Positions 29,022 to 38,481 of a DNA stretch of 64,000 nt are shown here, piece after piece (within the stretch, counting starts at the first letter, position 1; the number at the start of each line of letters is the position of its first letter). The notes under the pieces are model-generated. The model made no database searches, was not told where the DNA came from, and saw nothing but the letters and a program-made list of their open reading frames with translations. The position numbers and the translations under genes are program-made. Source of the DNA: a virus; the IMG/VR virus record IMGVR_UViG_3300042863_001519, positions 30,805 through 94,804 of that record; one strand, written 5' to 3'.

Positions 29022-29185
29022 CCAGTAACAAAAACACTGTGGCAGATGTGCAATAGAGTTCGATACTGATTGTATGGGTAAAAAGAGAGGTTTTAGGGTT
29101 ATTAAGGATAGTGGTTGATATCAATAAGAGGAAAAGGTGAGCAAAATACTGGGTTTTTACCCCTGTTTCACACACATTTACTAAT

Positions 29186-29201
29186 TGTTCCACGTGGAAC
29201 A
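29186..29201. promoter_or_regulatory. parS-type centromere palindrome TGTTCCACGTGGAACA
   Basis: Perfect 16-bp palindrome fitting TGTTNCACGTGNAACA; half-sites at 29164..29171 and 29351..29358. Confidence 0.8.
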
Positions 29202-29617
29202 TTATAAAACTGCATAAACAATCAGTTATACATAACAGATTCTTCTATACGGCTTATTTCATTGATATAACCCTGGGATTTTCGACACTTTATATAACGT
29301 ATAAACTATATGAAGATGTATAACTGCATTGAAAGCTACATGTTATTACTGTGGAACATCATGTATAACTCGTTGATTATCAATACTAATTATAAAACAC
29401 AATTACGTAGCTGAAGTTAAACCGGAAAGGTCAGCTAGATATTAAGTGAGATACACAATACTGACATATCCTTGCAGCACATAGACATATAGTACGTAAC
29501 ACCGACATGGGTCAAAACACCGACATATGGTACGTAGCACAAATACAACATGAGGGAAAACAACACATGGGTATTATCCCATGTGCTGTGTTCATTTCCC
29601 TTTGTTCATGTCATGAG

Positions 29618-30217
29618 CTACTTCTGCTTACGGTTAGCAGCTCCACGAAGTGCATTACTGTTTGGCTTGTTAGCAGCAGCATTGGCAGCAAGATTAACTT
29701 CTTCGATTTCCTCAAAGTTATCATGAGCAAGTAATACGTCTACTGATGTACCAGATGGGTCATAGTACTTTATCTGATAAATTATTTCATCATTAATAGT
29801 ACAAGCTATTCCAGCTAGTTTACAATCATTAGAAGCATACTTCACGTCTTGCTTAATATCTTCAGCATTTGGTGGCTCAAGAGTTTCTTCAATAGCTATA
29901 CGACCAGGTAATATTTGACCTACTTCGTACTTAGCCTCAAAGCGGTCAATACGACCAACAGAGATAGCCCAATGTTCAATCTCAAGGTCAAGACGTTTGT
30001 TCTTGGTTGTCATTGGGGCAACCTGATAGAAACTCACATAACCCATTTTTGGGTTTTTCTTTGAAGGTACAACACATGTATCTTCAATAAGTTCTCCGTC
30101 AATGACTGCTGGTAGAACAATAACAGGGTTAGTGATACCCTTTTTGACAGCCTCTGCCATGATTTCTTGTGCGAATGCACGTTTTAGTTCTGCTGAACTT
30201 TGTGTAATCTTTGCCAT
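29618..30217 (-). CDS. hypothetical early protein
   Basis: 199 aa; downstream of the repeated promoter-like motifs; hairpin at 29565..29587. Confidence 0.75.
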   Translation of the reverse strand: MAKITQSSAELKRAFAQEIMAEAVKKGITNPVIVLPAVIDGELIEDTCVVPSKKNPKMGYVSFYQVAPMTTKNKRLDLEIEHWAISVGRIDRFEAKYEVGQILPGRIAIEETLEPPNAEDIKQDVKYASNDCKLAGIACTINDEIIYQIKYYDPSGTSVDVLLAHDNFEEIEEVNLAANAAANKPNSNALRGAANRKQK

Positions 30218-30290
30218 GTTTTTGATTTTTAGGCGGTTAACAATAAATAATAAAATACATAAAAATGCTGAAGACAGCTCAAGTAAAGAA

Positions 30291-30371
30291 CTCGTGAAAA
30301 TATAATAGTTTCTTGTTACACTTGCTGGACTGTGACAGCAGCAGTATGAGCTCGTGAAAATATAATAGTTT
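30291..30371 (-). promoter_or_regulatory. tandem 21-bp direct repeats, putative early promoters (further copies ~30944..30963 and ~31168..31184)
   Basis: CTCGTGAAAATATAATAGTTT at 30291 and 30351. Confidence 0.6.
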
Positions 30372-30409
30372 TTAAGTTATAACAAGGGTTATTACACCCT
30401 TATTATCTT

Positions 30410-30757
30410 TTAGCATTCAGCACTTTGGTTCTCCAAGCTATTGAGTTCACACTCATTACGAGCATCTTCCATTTCTTTAAACATCTTCTTTAGCCTTATC
30501 TTCTCTTCAAGAATAAAAGCATTTCTAATCTCTTCCTCAAAGCCAGCTTGTTCTCTTTCCTGTTGTATAGCCTCACGTATCAGAACACACGTACTAGCTA
30601 TAGCCATAAAGCTTAGTAATCCTACCCATATCCAGATGTCAACAATAGCATGTTCATACTGCTTCTTACATGTAACATCAATAGCAGCTAAGTTCATTGC
30701 TAGTACAAGCAGTACCAATACAACTGTGTAGGCATTCAAAAACGTACTTCTTTTCAT
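30410..30757 (-). CDS. two-TM membrane protein with coiled-coil tail
   Basis: Two hydrophobic segments followed by a charged helix. Confidence 0.65.
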   Translation of the reverse strand: MKRSTFLNAYTVVLVLLVLAMNLAAIDVTCKKQYEHAIVDIWIWVGLLSFMAIASTCVLIREAIQQEREQAGFEEEIRNAFILEEKIRLKKMFKEMEDARNECELNSLENQSAEC

Positions 30758-30809
30758 TTGTTTTATATATTAAAGGTTAAACAATACTATACTAAAAAGA
30801 AACAGGTGC

Positions 30810-30905
30810 TTATAGTGCACCTGTCTCCATTAACCATATCATCTCTGCAATAGCTACTGCATCAATCTCAGCTTGCTCAAGAGCTATATCTCTATTAGAT
30901 ACCAT
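30810..30905 (-). CDS. 31-aa peptide MVSNRDIALEQAEIDAVAIAEMIWLMETGAL (not in ORF track)
   Basis: Lies between a promoter-like repeat and a terminator hairpin. Confidence 0.4.
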   Translation of the reverse strand: MVSNRDIALEQAEIDAVAIAEMIWLMETGAL

Positions 30906-31252
30906 AGTAAAGCCACTTTTTATTGGGCTATAGCATGGCTATAGTAAAATATAATAGTTTCTTTGTTAAAAAGAATAGAGAACATTACTGTTCTCTATCC
31001 CTAACTCTTGGTAGGAAGCCACTCCTTGTTTACGGTTCTTACATCTCCAAGGCAAGTAAGGAGAACGCCTCTGATTTAAAAAACATGACGTTTCAGTTTT
31101 TATGAGTTATACACAAACTCTCATCTGAAACTTGGCTAGGGGGATACCCCTGCTACAGTAGTGAAGCCGTGCAATATTATAGTTAGGCATATACCTTCTC
31201 TAATATACAACTAGCTATTTGATACAGGTACCGAAAAGGAGGGTCAAAATTT

Positions 31253-31903
31253 TTAGAAAAAGTTTTTTTGAATACCATACTCTGCCATTAGTAAAGCTAT
31301 TTCTCTCTCAAGGTGGTAGTAGTGTTGTTTGTTGTATCTTGTTAAGGGTATTCCGTTGTTGCTGCAGAACTTATCTTTTAGGGTGTCTTTTTCTTTTTGC
31401 TGTGGTGTGCAGTGGGAGCTTTGGCCATCATATTCTATCATGTGTATCCCTTTAGAAGTTAGTATCAGAAAGTCGTACCTGGCATATCCATACTCAGTAA
31501 ACTTTAATCCTTCAAATGCTACCTCCCGGTACCAATCTACTTTGTACTTGTTCAACTCCTGTACTATTAACTTCTCTGCTTCACTAATCTGATTCTGTGC
31601 ACGATCAACTACAAACCAATCTAATGGTCTCTTTACAGAACCTGCAACATTCCTGATTGTAGTACCAGCACCCTTTCTTTTAGCACCAAAGTATTTTCTT
31701 GCTTTTGCCATCTTTTTTTCTTTCTCTTTCTCTTTCTCCTTTTCCTTCTCGTGCCGGTTAGAAATTGTAACTAACTCCTCATGCTTTTTCTGAGTAATAC
31801 TTTTAGATGAATCAAATCTACTACTAGCAATACTGCCATTAGAATTACTCAACAGATAAAGAACAATAATACATATTACAAGCACAGTTATCACAAAAGC
31901 CAT
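31253..31903 (-). CDS. DUF559/Vsr-like endonuclease with N-terminal TM helix
   Basis: SEAE...YDFLI...IEYDGQSSH...D..KD.FC..NGIPLTR; TACCTTTG at 31919..31926. Confidence 0.75.
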   Translation of the reverse strand: MAFVITVLVICIIVLYLLSNSNGSIASSRFDSSKSITQKKHEELVTISNRHEKEKEKEKEKEKKMAKARKYFGAKRKGAGTTIRNVAGSVKRPLDWFVVDRAQNQISEAEKLIVQELNKYKVDWYREVAFEGLKFTEYGYARYDFLILTSKGIHMIEYDGQSSHCTPQQKEKDTLKDKFCSNNGIPLTRYNKQHYYHLEREIALLMAEYGIQKNFF

Positions 31904-32004
31904 AAAAAATATTTTTTACAAAGGTATTGTTATTTCCGAAATAGTTATATCTTTACACAAGAAATGTTTATTGCACATTTAAAATGTATACACAAAAATA
32001 GTTT

Positions 32005-32427
32005 ATGGAAGAGAAAAAACTTAAAAGGCCGACAGTAAGAGAACAGTTTGCAACAGGGCCTGAGCAAACAGAACAGAAAGCTCCAATGAGCAAAGAAGAC
32101 ACGATAAAGTTCTATGAGGAGAACTTACCTTTTATGAGAATGCAGGATGAGTATGAGAAACTTGCATTTGGATTTGCAGAAAGGAAAGTTGAACATCTTG
32201 AACTACAGGTTCGTGAACTAGAAGCTATTGGTTATTTGAGTCAGTGGAAAGCTGGTCAAGACGAAGCTAAAAGAAGACAAGAGCACGAAGAAAAAATGAA
32301 AGCTGAGTGGGATGCTATGACACCTGAGCAACAAGATGAATATCGTAAACAAGCCGAAGCTAATCTTGCAGAGATGCAGAACCAAGCAACAGAAGCAGCA
32401 AAGTTATCTAATCAAACAATAAGCTAG
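32005..32427 (+). CDS. coiled-coil hypothetical protein (first gene of the plus arm)
   Basis: 140-aa E/Q/K-rich ORF. Confidence 0.75.
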   Translation: MEEKKLKRPTVREQFATGPEQTEQKAPMSKEDTIKFYEENLPFMRMQDEYEKLAFGFAERKVEHLELQVRELEAIGYLSQWKAGQDEAKRRQEHEEKMKAEWDAMTPEQQDEYRKQAEANLAEMQNQATEAAKLSNQTIS

Positions 32428-32429
32428 TT

Positions 32430-32705
32430 ATGATTAATGAGCTGAGAGAGTTTGAATATGATATTATTGAAAGCATGGGTTACGTTATCTATGATGAGAT
32501 AGGTCGGAAGCAGAATGGTGATACTACCTGGTCCAAAGTTATTAAAGAGGATCAAATGTTTATAGTAACTGGTACCAGATACTCACAAGGAGGTGAAAAG
32601 AAAGAGTACCGGGAACTATATGACAGTGCAGAAGATTTTAAACTTGGTAAGTTAAGTAACGGTGAAAAGCAGAATGAGAATGAGAAAGAGAAAGAGAATG
32701 AATAG
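32430..32705 (+). CDS. hypothetical protein
   Basis: 91-aa ORF. Confidence 0.6.
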   Translation: MINELREFEYDIIESMGYVIYDEIGRKQNGDTTWSKVIKEDQMFIVTGTRYSQGGEKKEYRELYDSAEDFKLGKLSNGEKQNENEKEKENE

Positions 32706-32725
32706 TATTAAAATAGGAACCAACA

Positions 32726-33103
32726 ATGGCTGAAGTACAAGTAGTAAAATGGAACAAGACAATTCCCAATATGGAGAAACCGGATATTATTCGGTTTCAG
32801 TTTATGGTGCATTGTTATATCCAGAAGACTGCTAACATTAGTCCTGCACTTCTTGATTGTCTAACTTTATTGGGCACATTAGGAAGTGCAGAACTTCTGC
32901 CATTTTGTGAGATGCTTACAAAACAAGGTATATTTCAAAGTATACAAAGTAGCAGAAATGCCATTACTCGTTTACAGGATAAGAACCTTATCATAAAAGA
33001 GGGCAGGAATAAAAAGTTACTCAAAGTTCACCCTGATGTAAAAATATACAACAAGGGTAATGTATTGGTTGATATAAAATGTTTTAGTCCAGATAGAGCA
33101 TGA
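32726..33103 (+). CDS. putative winged-HTH protein
   Basis: SIQSSRNAITRLQDKNLIIKEG helix-wing pattern. Confidence 0.55.
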   Translation: MAEVQVVKWNKTIPNMEKPDIIRFQFMVHCYIQKTANISPALLDCLTLLGTLGSAELLPFCEMLTKQGIFQSIQSSRNAITRLQDKNLIIKEGRNKKLLKVHPDVKIYNKGNVLVDIKCFSPDRA

Positions 33104-33513
33104 CACCAACTAAAGTAAAAGACTTGATTCCTGAGGTTGCAAAAAAACTAGGAATACCAGAAGAGCATCTTGCTGCAATGTATTCGTTCTACATTAAAGA
33201 GAACAAAAAGATATTGTCTAACATGGAAGAACTTCACGTAACTTTAAAAGGACTTGGTACAATGACCATCAAAGGATGGGAAATAAAAAAGGAAATAGAA
33301 AGAAGAAATGCTAAAATACTTAATTCTTTTAATGAAGAGAATATCAAGGAGTTACGTGAGGAGATTGTTTTGTATGAAAAAGTACTTGTAAAATGGGAAG
33401 AGCAGGAACAAAGAAAAAAGCTTACTGGTAAAAAGAAACAAGAATTTTATAAAAATAAAGAAAAAGAAGCTAACAATGAATCTGAAAGAAAAACTACAGG
33501 CAGCTTGGAATAA
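33100..33513 (+). CDS. HU/IHF-like DNA-binding protein
   Basis: KDLIPEVAKKLGI...VTLKGLGTM. Confidence 0.7.
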   Translation: MTPTKVKDLIPEVAKKLGIPEEHLAAMYSFYIKENKKILSNMEELHVTLKGLGTMTIKGWEIKKEIERRNAKILNSFNEENIKELREEIVLYEKVLVKWEEQEQRKKLTGKKKQEFYKNKEKEANNESERKTTGSLE

Positions 33514-33865
33514 CAAGGGTACTATCATGGAGGGTTTCTACAATGCTTATGTTTCCTGCAACCAGGAAGTAAAAGATGAAGCTCTTAAAAGATTGGCATT
33601 ATGTAGAACAAATCAGTGTGGTTTCCATGACCCAAAAGGTCAAAGTGAAAAAGCAGTATTCAAAGGAAAAGAAAGCTGTGGTGGTTGTGGTTGTGATCTG
33701 TTTGCAAAGGCACATGCTATGAGTGCACAGTGTTATCTTGGGGATATAGATCCTGCTACAGGAGAACCAAGGGGTATTCCAATATGGACAGCTATAATGA
33801 CACAAGAACAGGAATTAGAAATAAACAAGATAGCCTATCAACGCCAGTTTGAAAATAGAAAATAA
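33476..33865 (+). CDS. Cys-rich Zn-binding protein
   Basis: C....C, CGGCGC, C..W. Confidence 0.7.
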   Translation: MNLKEKLQAAWNNKGTIMEGFYNAYVSCNQEVKDEALKRLALCRTNQCGFHDPKGQSEKAVFKGKESCGGCGCDLFAKAHAMSAQCYLGDIDPATGEPRGIPIWTAIMTQEQELEINKIAYQRQFENRK

Positions 33866-33904
33866 GTAATCAATAAAACAAACAATTCGAAAATCGTAAA
33901 TAAC

Positions 33905-34288
33905 ATGGACAATATCATAATACCAATGCAGGAAATGACTTCTAATAAGAAGAAGAAACCAACTCTTGAAGAAGCACAGATGTTTCAAATACCATTTGAT
34001 GCATTGCTTAATACAGTAATTGTAGTGCACATTGCAGAGCCGGAGAAAGAAAAAAAAGGTGGTATTTATGTACCTGATTACATCAAGGAGCAAATGGCAA
34101 TAACTGAGAACATGCTTGTCAAAGCTCTTGTAAAATCTGTAGGTACTAATAAAGAAGGTCGGACTCCTGTAGTAGCAGTAGGTGATGTGGTATATGTTTA
34201 CCCTGGTGGCTATGGTGCAAAAATATTTGATGGGGAAGCTGAGTATCTTATATACGCAGAATTGGACATGATTGTTAAACTGAAATAA
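33905..34288 (+). CDS. groES: GroES-like co-chaperonin
   Basis: KGGIYVP mobile loop, VKSVG, VAVGDVV, EYLIYAELDMI. Confidence 0.85.
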   Translation: MDNIIIPMQEMTSNKKKKPTLEEAQMFQIPFDALLNTVIVVHIAEPEKEKKGGIYVPDYIKEQMAITENMLVKALVKSVGTNKEGRTPVVAVGDVVYVYPGGYGAKIFDGEAEYLIYAELDMIVKLK

Positions 34289-34518
34289 TGGAAGAGCAAG
34301 AGAAACTATATTACTGGATACTGTTTGCCAATACCAGAGCAAGCAAAGACTCAATGTATTGGGATGAAACAGTTATTGACATTCACCCATTTACTGCAAC
34401 TAAGATACTGCACAAACAGATTATTAGTTGGAATGTGATTAGCAAAAAAGAGTATGATCTTTGGAAACAATTAAACAATAACAAAGATGAACCAGTAGAA
34501 CCAGTAAGCAATGATTAA
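34288..34518 (+). CDS. hypothetical protein
   Basis: 76-aa ORF coupled to its neighbours. Confidence 0.6.
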   Translation: MEEQEKLYYWILFANTRASKDSMYWDETVIDIHPFTATKILHKQIISWNVISKKEYDLWKQLNNNKDEPVEPVSND

Positions 34519-35329
34519 ATTTATAGAAGAAGGGCATATTTACACCTCAGTTATACCTGACGACATTAAGTGGTTGGGTGTAACTACTCTTGTAGGTCAC
34601 CTCCACGAAAAGTTTGATGCAATTGAGCAATCTGTTAAATCTTCTAACAAAAAACCTACAATAAAATCTGCTAACAAATGGTATGGCTTATCTCCTAAAG
34701 AGATACGTACTGCTTGGGAAACTGAAGGTAAAAGATCAATAGAGCTTGGTAGCTGGTACCACAAAATGAGAGAAGATGCTCTTTATGAAAAAGGAACAGT
34801 AGATACTTTCAAACCGGATATAAGAGAAGGTGTTAAATACGCACCTGACCAAAGCCTTGTAGAAGGAGTATACCCAGAGCATCTTGTATATCTGAAATCA
34901 GAAGGTATCTGTGGACAATCAGACTATGTAGAAGTAAAAGGAGCAAAGGTCTATATCAGAGATTACAAGACATCAAAAGAGATAAAACGTAAGGCTTTTG
35001 TAAACTGGGAAGGAGTTATAAAAATGATGACAGGGCCAGTAAAGCACTTGGAAGATTGTCATTTCTATCACTATGCTTTACAGCTTTCTATTTACATGTA
35101 TATAATACTAAGACACAATCCAAATCTTTCTCCAGGTACTTTGGTAATTGAGCATGTAAAGTTTGAAATAGAAGATGAAGATCAGTACGGATACCCTATT
35201 TACAAAAAGGACGAGAACGGAAACTTTATTGTAAAAGAGATAGAGGAAATAGAACTTCCTTATTTAAAAAAAGAAGTTCATACTATAACTAACTGGTTAA
35301 AGTTAAATAAACAAAAATTGATCAAATGA
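34511..35329 (+). CDS. PD-(D/E)XK (RecB/Cas4-like) nuclease
   Basis: GSWYH, GQSD, IRDYKT, YALQLSIY. Confidence 0.85.
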   Translation: MIKFIEEGHIYTSVIPDDIKWLGVTTLVGHLHEKFDAIEQSVKSSNKKPTIKSANKWYGLSPKEIRTAWETEGKRSIELGSWYHKMREDALYEKGTVDTFKPDIREGVKYAPDQSLVEGVYPEHLVYLKSEGICGQSDYVEVKGAKVYIRDYKTSKEIKRKAFVNWEGVIKMMTGPVKHLEDCHFYHYALQLSIYMYIILRHNPNLSPGTLVIEHVKFEIEDEDQYGYPIYKKDENGNFIVKEIEEIELPYLKKEVHTITNWLKLNKQKLIK

Positions 35330-36402
35330 GGTTACAGTTTGTAGTACAACAGAAGTCAGGTATTGCATATCATCGTCTTGTAACTCCAATGGAGTTTATG
35401 CAATGGGATGAAACAGATAGTTCAGAAATGTTATGGATTGTCAACGATGAACATAAGATAGATGGAGATATACTGTTGTATAGTAAGTTTATATGGACAA
35501 CCCCTGATCAACTTAAAGCAATTAAAGCAAAGGGAACAAAGATTGTAGTAGACGTAGATGACTCTTGGGATATTCCTCCACTGCATCCTTTTTATAATGT
35601 TTGGAAACAAAGAGAGAGTGCACAAAAGGTTATTGAGAATATAAAAATAGCAGATCTTGTTATTTGTACAACATTAAAGTTGCAGGATAAGATTCGACAG
35701 TATAACAAGAACACTGTTGTAATTCCTAATGCTCTTCCTTTTGGTTATGAAAATTACGTACCCAAGCCTATAGCACATGAAAAAATGACATTTATTTATG
35801 TAGGTGGTTCTTCTCACTTACTAGATATTGAAATGCTAAAAGGCAAGTTCAAAAAGATTGGTGGGGAACCATTTATTAAAAACAATGCAGAGTTTGTCTT
35901 AGCAGGTTATGAAGCAACATCAGTTCCTCGTTATTTAAGTAAGGAAGACTTTGATAACAAGAAGCCTACAATGGTACCTGTACGTGATGTTTGGGAAAAA
36001 ATGACTTCAATATTTGCTGAAACAAGATCTCATAGAATACTCCCATCTACTGATCTTGAGAAGTATATTGATTACTACGATCAAGCAGATGTTGCACTAA
36101 TACCTCTTGTTAACAGTGACTGGAACAACCATAAAAGTGAACTGAAGATTATTGAGGCCGGTTGCAAAGGTATACCTGTTATCTGCTCTAAGGTTCTTCC
36201 CTACAGTACCCTTTATGGTAAAGAAGGAATCATGTGGGTAGAAACTCCAGATGATTGGATTAAACATATTAGATATTGTGTTAAGAACCCTAACTTTGTA
36301 AAAGACATGGGTCAGAAAATGAGTGAGTGGGTAAAAGAAGAATACGATCTTTTAAAATGGAACAATGTTAGAAAAGAAGTTTTCAAAAATTTATTAAAAT
36401 GA
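35326..36402 (+). CDS. GT-B (GT4-like) glycosyltransferase
   Basis: DVDD, VIPNA, YVGGSSH..D, DVALIPL...N..KSELKIIEAG..G.PVICS. Confidence 0.88.
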   Translation: MRLQFVVQQKSGIAYHRLVTPMEFMQWDETDSSEMLWIVNDEHKIDGDILLYSKFIWTTPDQLKAIKAKGTKIVVDVDDSWDIPPLHPFYNVWKQRESAQKVIENIKIADLVICTTLKLQDKIRQYNKNTVVIPNALPFGYENYVPKPIAHEKMTFIYVGGSSHLLDIEMLKGKFKKIGGEPFIKNNAEFVLAGYEATSVPRYLSKEDFDNKKPTMVPVRDVWEKMTSIFAETRSHRILPSTDLEKYIDYYDQADVALIPLVNSDWNNHKSELKIIEAGCKGIPVICSKVLPYSTLYGKEGIMWVETPDDWIKHIRYCVKNPNFVKDMGQKMSEWVKEEYDLLKWNNVRKEVFKNLLK

Positions 36403-36572
36403 TAGAAGATATTTTAGAAAAGTTTACTCCTTATTTGCACAATGGTAAACGATTGTACGATGAAGAAGATGTAAAGAAAATGCTGGTATCTGTAATGCAA
36501 AAAAGTTGGTATCCTTATAACAGTAATGAACAACATTGTGTAGAACAATACCCAGAAGCAACATGTTAAAAA

Positions 36573-36800
36573 ATGAAAGAAAAAATAGCAATACTCTTAC
36601 TAAGCTCTGCAGCAAAAAGGCATTTAAAAATTACTAAACATCTACGTTGGTTAATTTCAACAATTCATGATGATTGGGGGAGCCCAAGTAAAGTAAAGAA
36701 AGAAAAAGAAATGCTTGAATCAGATGCAGAGAAACATGAAAATGCTGCTAGAAGAATTGAAAAAATAATAAACTTATATAATGCTGATAAACCTCTTTGA
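36573..36800 (+). CDS. hypothetical protein
   Basis: 75-aa ORF. Confidence 0.55.
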   Translation: MKEKIAILLLSSAAKRHLKITKHLRWLISTIHDDWGSPSKVKKEKEMLESDAEKHENAARRIEKIINLYNADKPL

Positions 36801-37329
36801 TGTTGAAGATCGCAAGCTTACCCCAAGCCAAGCATGTTATGCAATACCTTGGCTAGAACGTATAATGAAGCTGTACCCAAAAAACTACATACAGGTATAT
36901 AAGTACATCTTCTTTACTACTTGCCCTGATGGTACAATCAACCCCTATGTTAATCTGCCTGAAGATGAAAGAGAAGATGTTGTCATGTCTGATTTAGCAC
37001 CACTTACATTCTCTTTAGAAGATGAGATTGTTATTGATACTTTACAAAGGTGTAAAAAGTTATACGAGACACCAGTACTTAGAACCTTTATAGGTGCCAA
37101 AAAAATGCTAGACAAAGTGGGTAGGTTTCTTGATGTAGAAGAGATCACTACAGGTAAAGATGGTAATGCCAGTGAGATAAGAGCTATGCTTAAAGAACTA
37201 TCTACCTACTGGGAGAACTACAACAAGCTAGAGAATGTTTTGAAGGAAGAGCAAGCTAAGGTAAAGGGTGACAGAGTAATACCATTTCATCAACAAGCCG
37301 GATACAAAGAAACTAAAACTTATGAGTAA
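36781..37329 (+). CDS. helical protein upstream of terminase (small-terminase candidate)
   Basis: NPY.NLPE..RE, LYETP, TGKDGN, C-terminal KG; position in the packaging module. Confidence 0.5.
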   Translation: MLINLFDVEDRKLTPSQACYAIPWLERIMKLYPKNYIQVYKYIFFTTCPDGTINPYVNLPEDEREDVVMSDLAPLTFSLEDEIVIDTLQRCKKLYETPVLRTFIGAKKMLDKVGRFLDVEEITTGKDGNASEIRAMLKELSTYWENYNKLENVLKEEQAKVKGDRVIPFHQQAGYKETKTYE

Positions 37330-37903
37330 TATGCAGAACAGTATAAGAATTAAGGTAGAGTTACCTTTAGAGCAATACAATGCTTTTATAAAAAATATGG
37401 ATATTAATAATGTTAAAATTGATTATAACATTTACGATTATCCTGTTATTAATATAAATATTCCAAATCTTCCTAGCATTCATATAGATATAATTAATGT
37501 AAAAGTACCACTGCCTACTAATGAAGAAATAACTGCAGAGTTATGTACTCCGGAAGAATGTTTAAGTACAGGTAGAGGATTGTTTAGCACAGATGTCTTA
37601 GACCAAATAGTAAAAGAGGATAATTATATTTCTCTTGTGTCAAGTTTGTCAAAGATTATGACAGGTGTAATAGATAATGGTTCTTACAATATACATTTAG
37701 GTTTAAAAGCTTTTGAGTTACTGATGCCATTTCTTTTAAAGCAAATAGAGAATGATAGTAATTCAGTTTATTACATCTCAAATGTACCTGAGTTAAAAAA
37801 TACAAAATTTCTAATAGATGAAACAATAAACCCTGTTCTTGCTATAGTTAAACACAAGGATGTTGAGAAAAAACTATGGGCATCTAAACTTGCAAAAGAC
37901 TAA
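37322..37903 (+). CDS. hypothetical protein
   Basis: 193-aa ORF with Ile/Asn-rich N-terminus. Confidence 0.6.
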   Translation: MSNMQNSIRIKVELPLEQYNAFIKNMDINNVKIDYNIYDYPVININIPNLPSIHIDIINVKVPLPTNEEITAELCTPEECLSTGRGLFSTDVLDQIVKEDNYISLVSSLSKIMTGVIDNGSYNIHLGLKAFELLMPFLLKQIENDSNSVYYISNVPELKNTKFLIDETINPVLAIVKHKDVEKKLWASKLAKD

Positions 37904-37905
37904 TT

Positions 37906-38481
37906 ATGAGTAACAAACCAATAGTAACATTTGTAGTCATTACCTATAAGGAACAATGGGAACCGTACATGTTCATAGGTATGCTCAAGTGTATGAAGAA
38001 CCCTAACTGGAAAGCTATTGTGTGGCATGATGGACCTAATCCTGAAATGAGAGCCATCTTTGAAGCTTTTGGTGATGAAAGGATACAGTACATAGAGAAC
38101 GAAGAGAACAAGGGTTCCTGGGGCTGCTATAACCGCATAGAGGCATTGAAGATGGTTGACACAGAGTTTGTGGTACAGACAACAATACAAGAGTACTACG
38201 TGCCGGTTTTTGTTGACTACATAGAGCAGAACAAGAATAATGACCTGATCTACTGGCCTTGTATACATCACTCATTTGGCTATGGTATCATAAATGCAGA
38301 ACCAGTAAGAGGCAGAATGGATTGGAGCAACTTTGCACTCAAAGCCCACATTGCAAGAAAAGTAGGAATCAATCATCCAGATGCATACATGGCAGATGGT
38401 TTATTTATTGAAGAGGTGATAGCATCAAATTTGGTAAAAAAGAAAATAAGAATTGAAAAAGTACTAAACGTAAAAAACTAA
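37906..38481 (+). CDS. GT-A (GT2-like) glycosyltransferase
   Basis: VTFVVITY...IVWHDG...DERIQY...N.G.WG..NR, ADG. Confidence 0.82.
   Translation: MSNKPIVTFVVITYKEQWEPYMFIGMLKCMKNPNWKAIVWHDGPNPEMRAIFEAFGDERIQYIENEENKGSWGCYNRIEALKMVDTEFVVQTTIQEYYVPVFVDYIEQNKNNDLIYWPCIHHSFGYGIINAEPVRGRMDWSNFALKAHIARKVGINHPDAYMADGLFIEEVIASNLVKKKIRIEKVLNVKN

Noticed and set aside
28930-29202. 90-aa ORF starting MFHVEQ
   Set aside because: MFHVEQ is the translation of the parS palindrome and the rest crosses the (GAAA)n tract; most likely spurious.
30291-30371. Two 21-bp repeats with a 39-bp spacer resembling a mini CRISPR array
   Set aside because: Only two adjacent copies, non-palindromic, other copies are dispersed upstream of genes, and no cas operon is present; better explained as promoters.
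31130-31270. GGGGGATACCCC palindrome and flanking A/T tracts as a possible genome end or pac site
   Set aside because: Plausible from its position near the strand switch but cannot be supported without read-terminus data.
34511-35329. Cas4 implying a CRISPR system
   Set aside because: Stand-alone PD-(D/E)XK nuclease without the Cas4 Cys cluster, an array or other cas genes.
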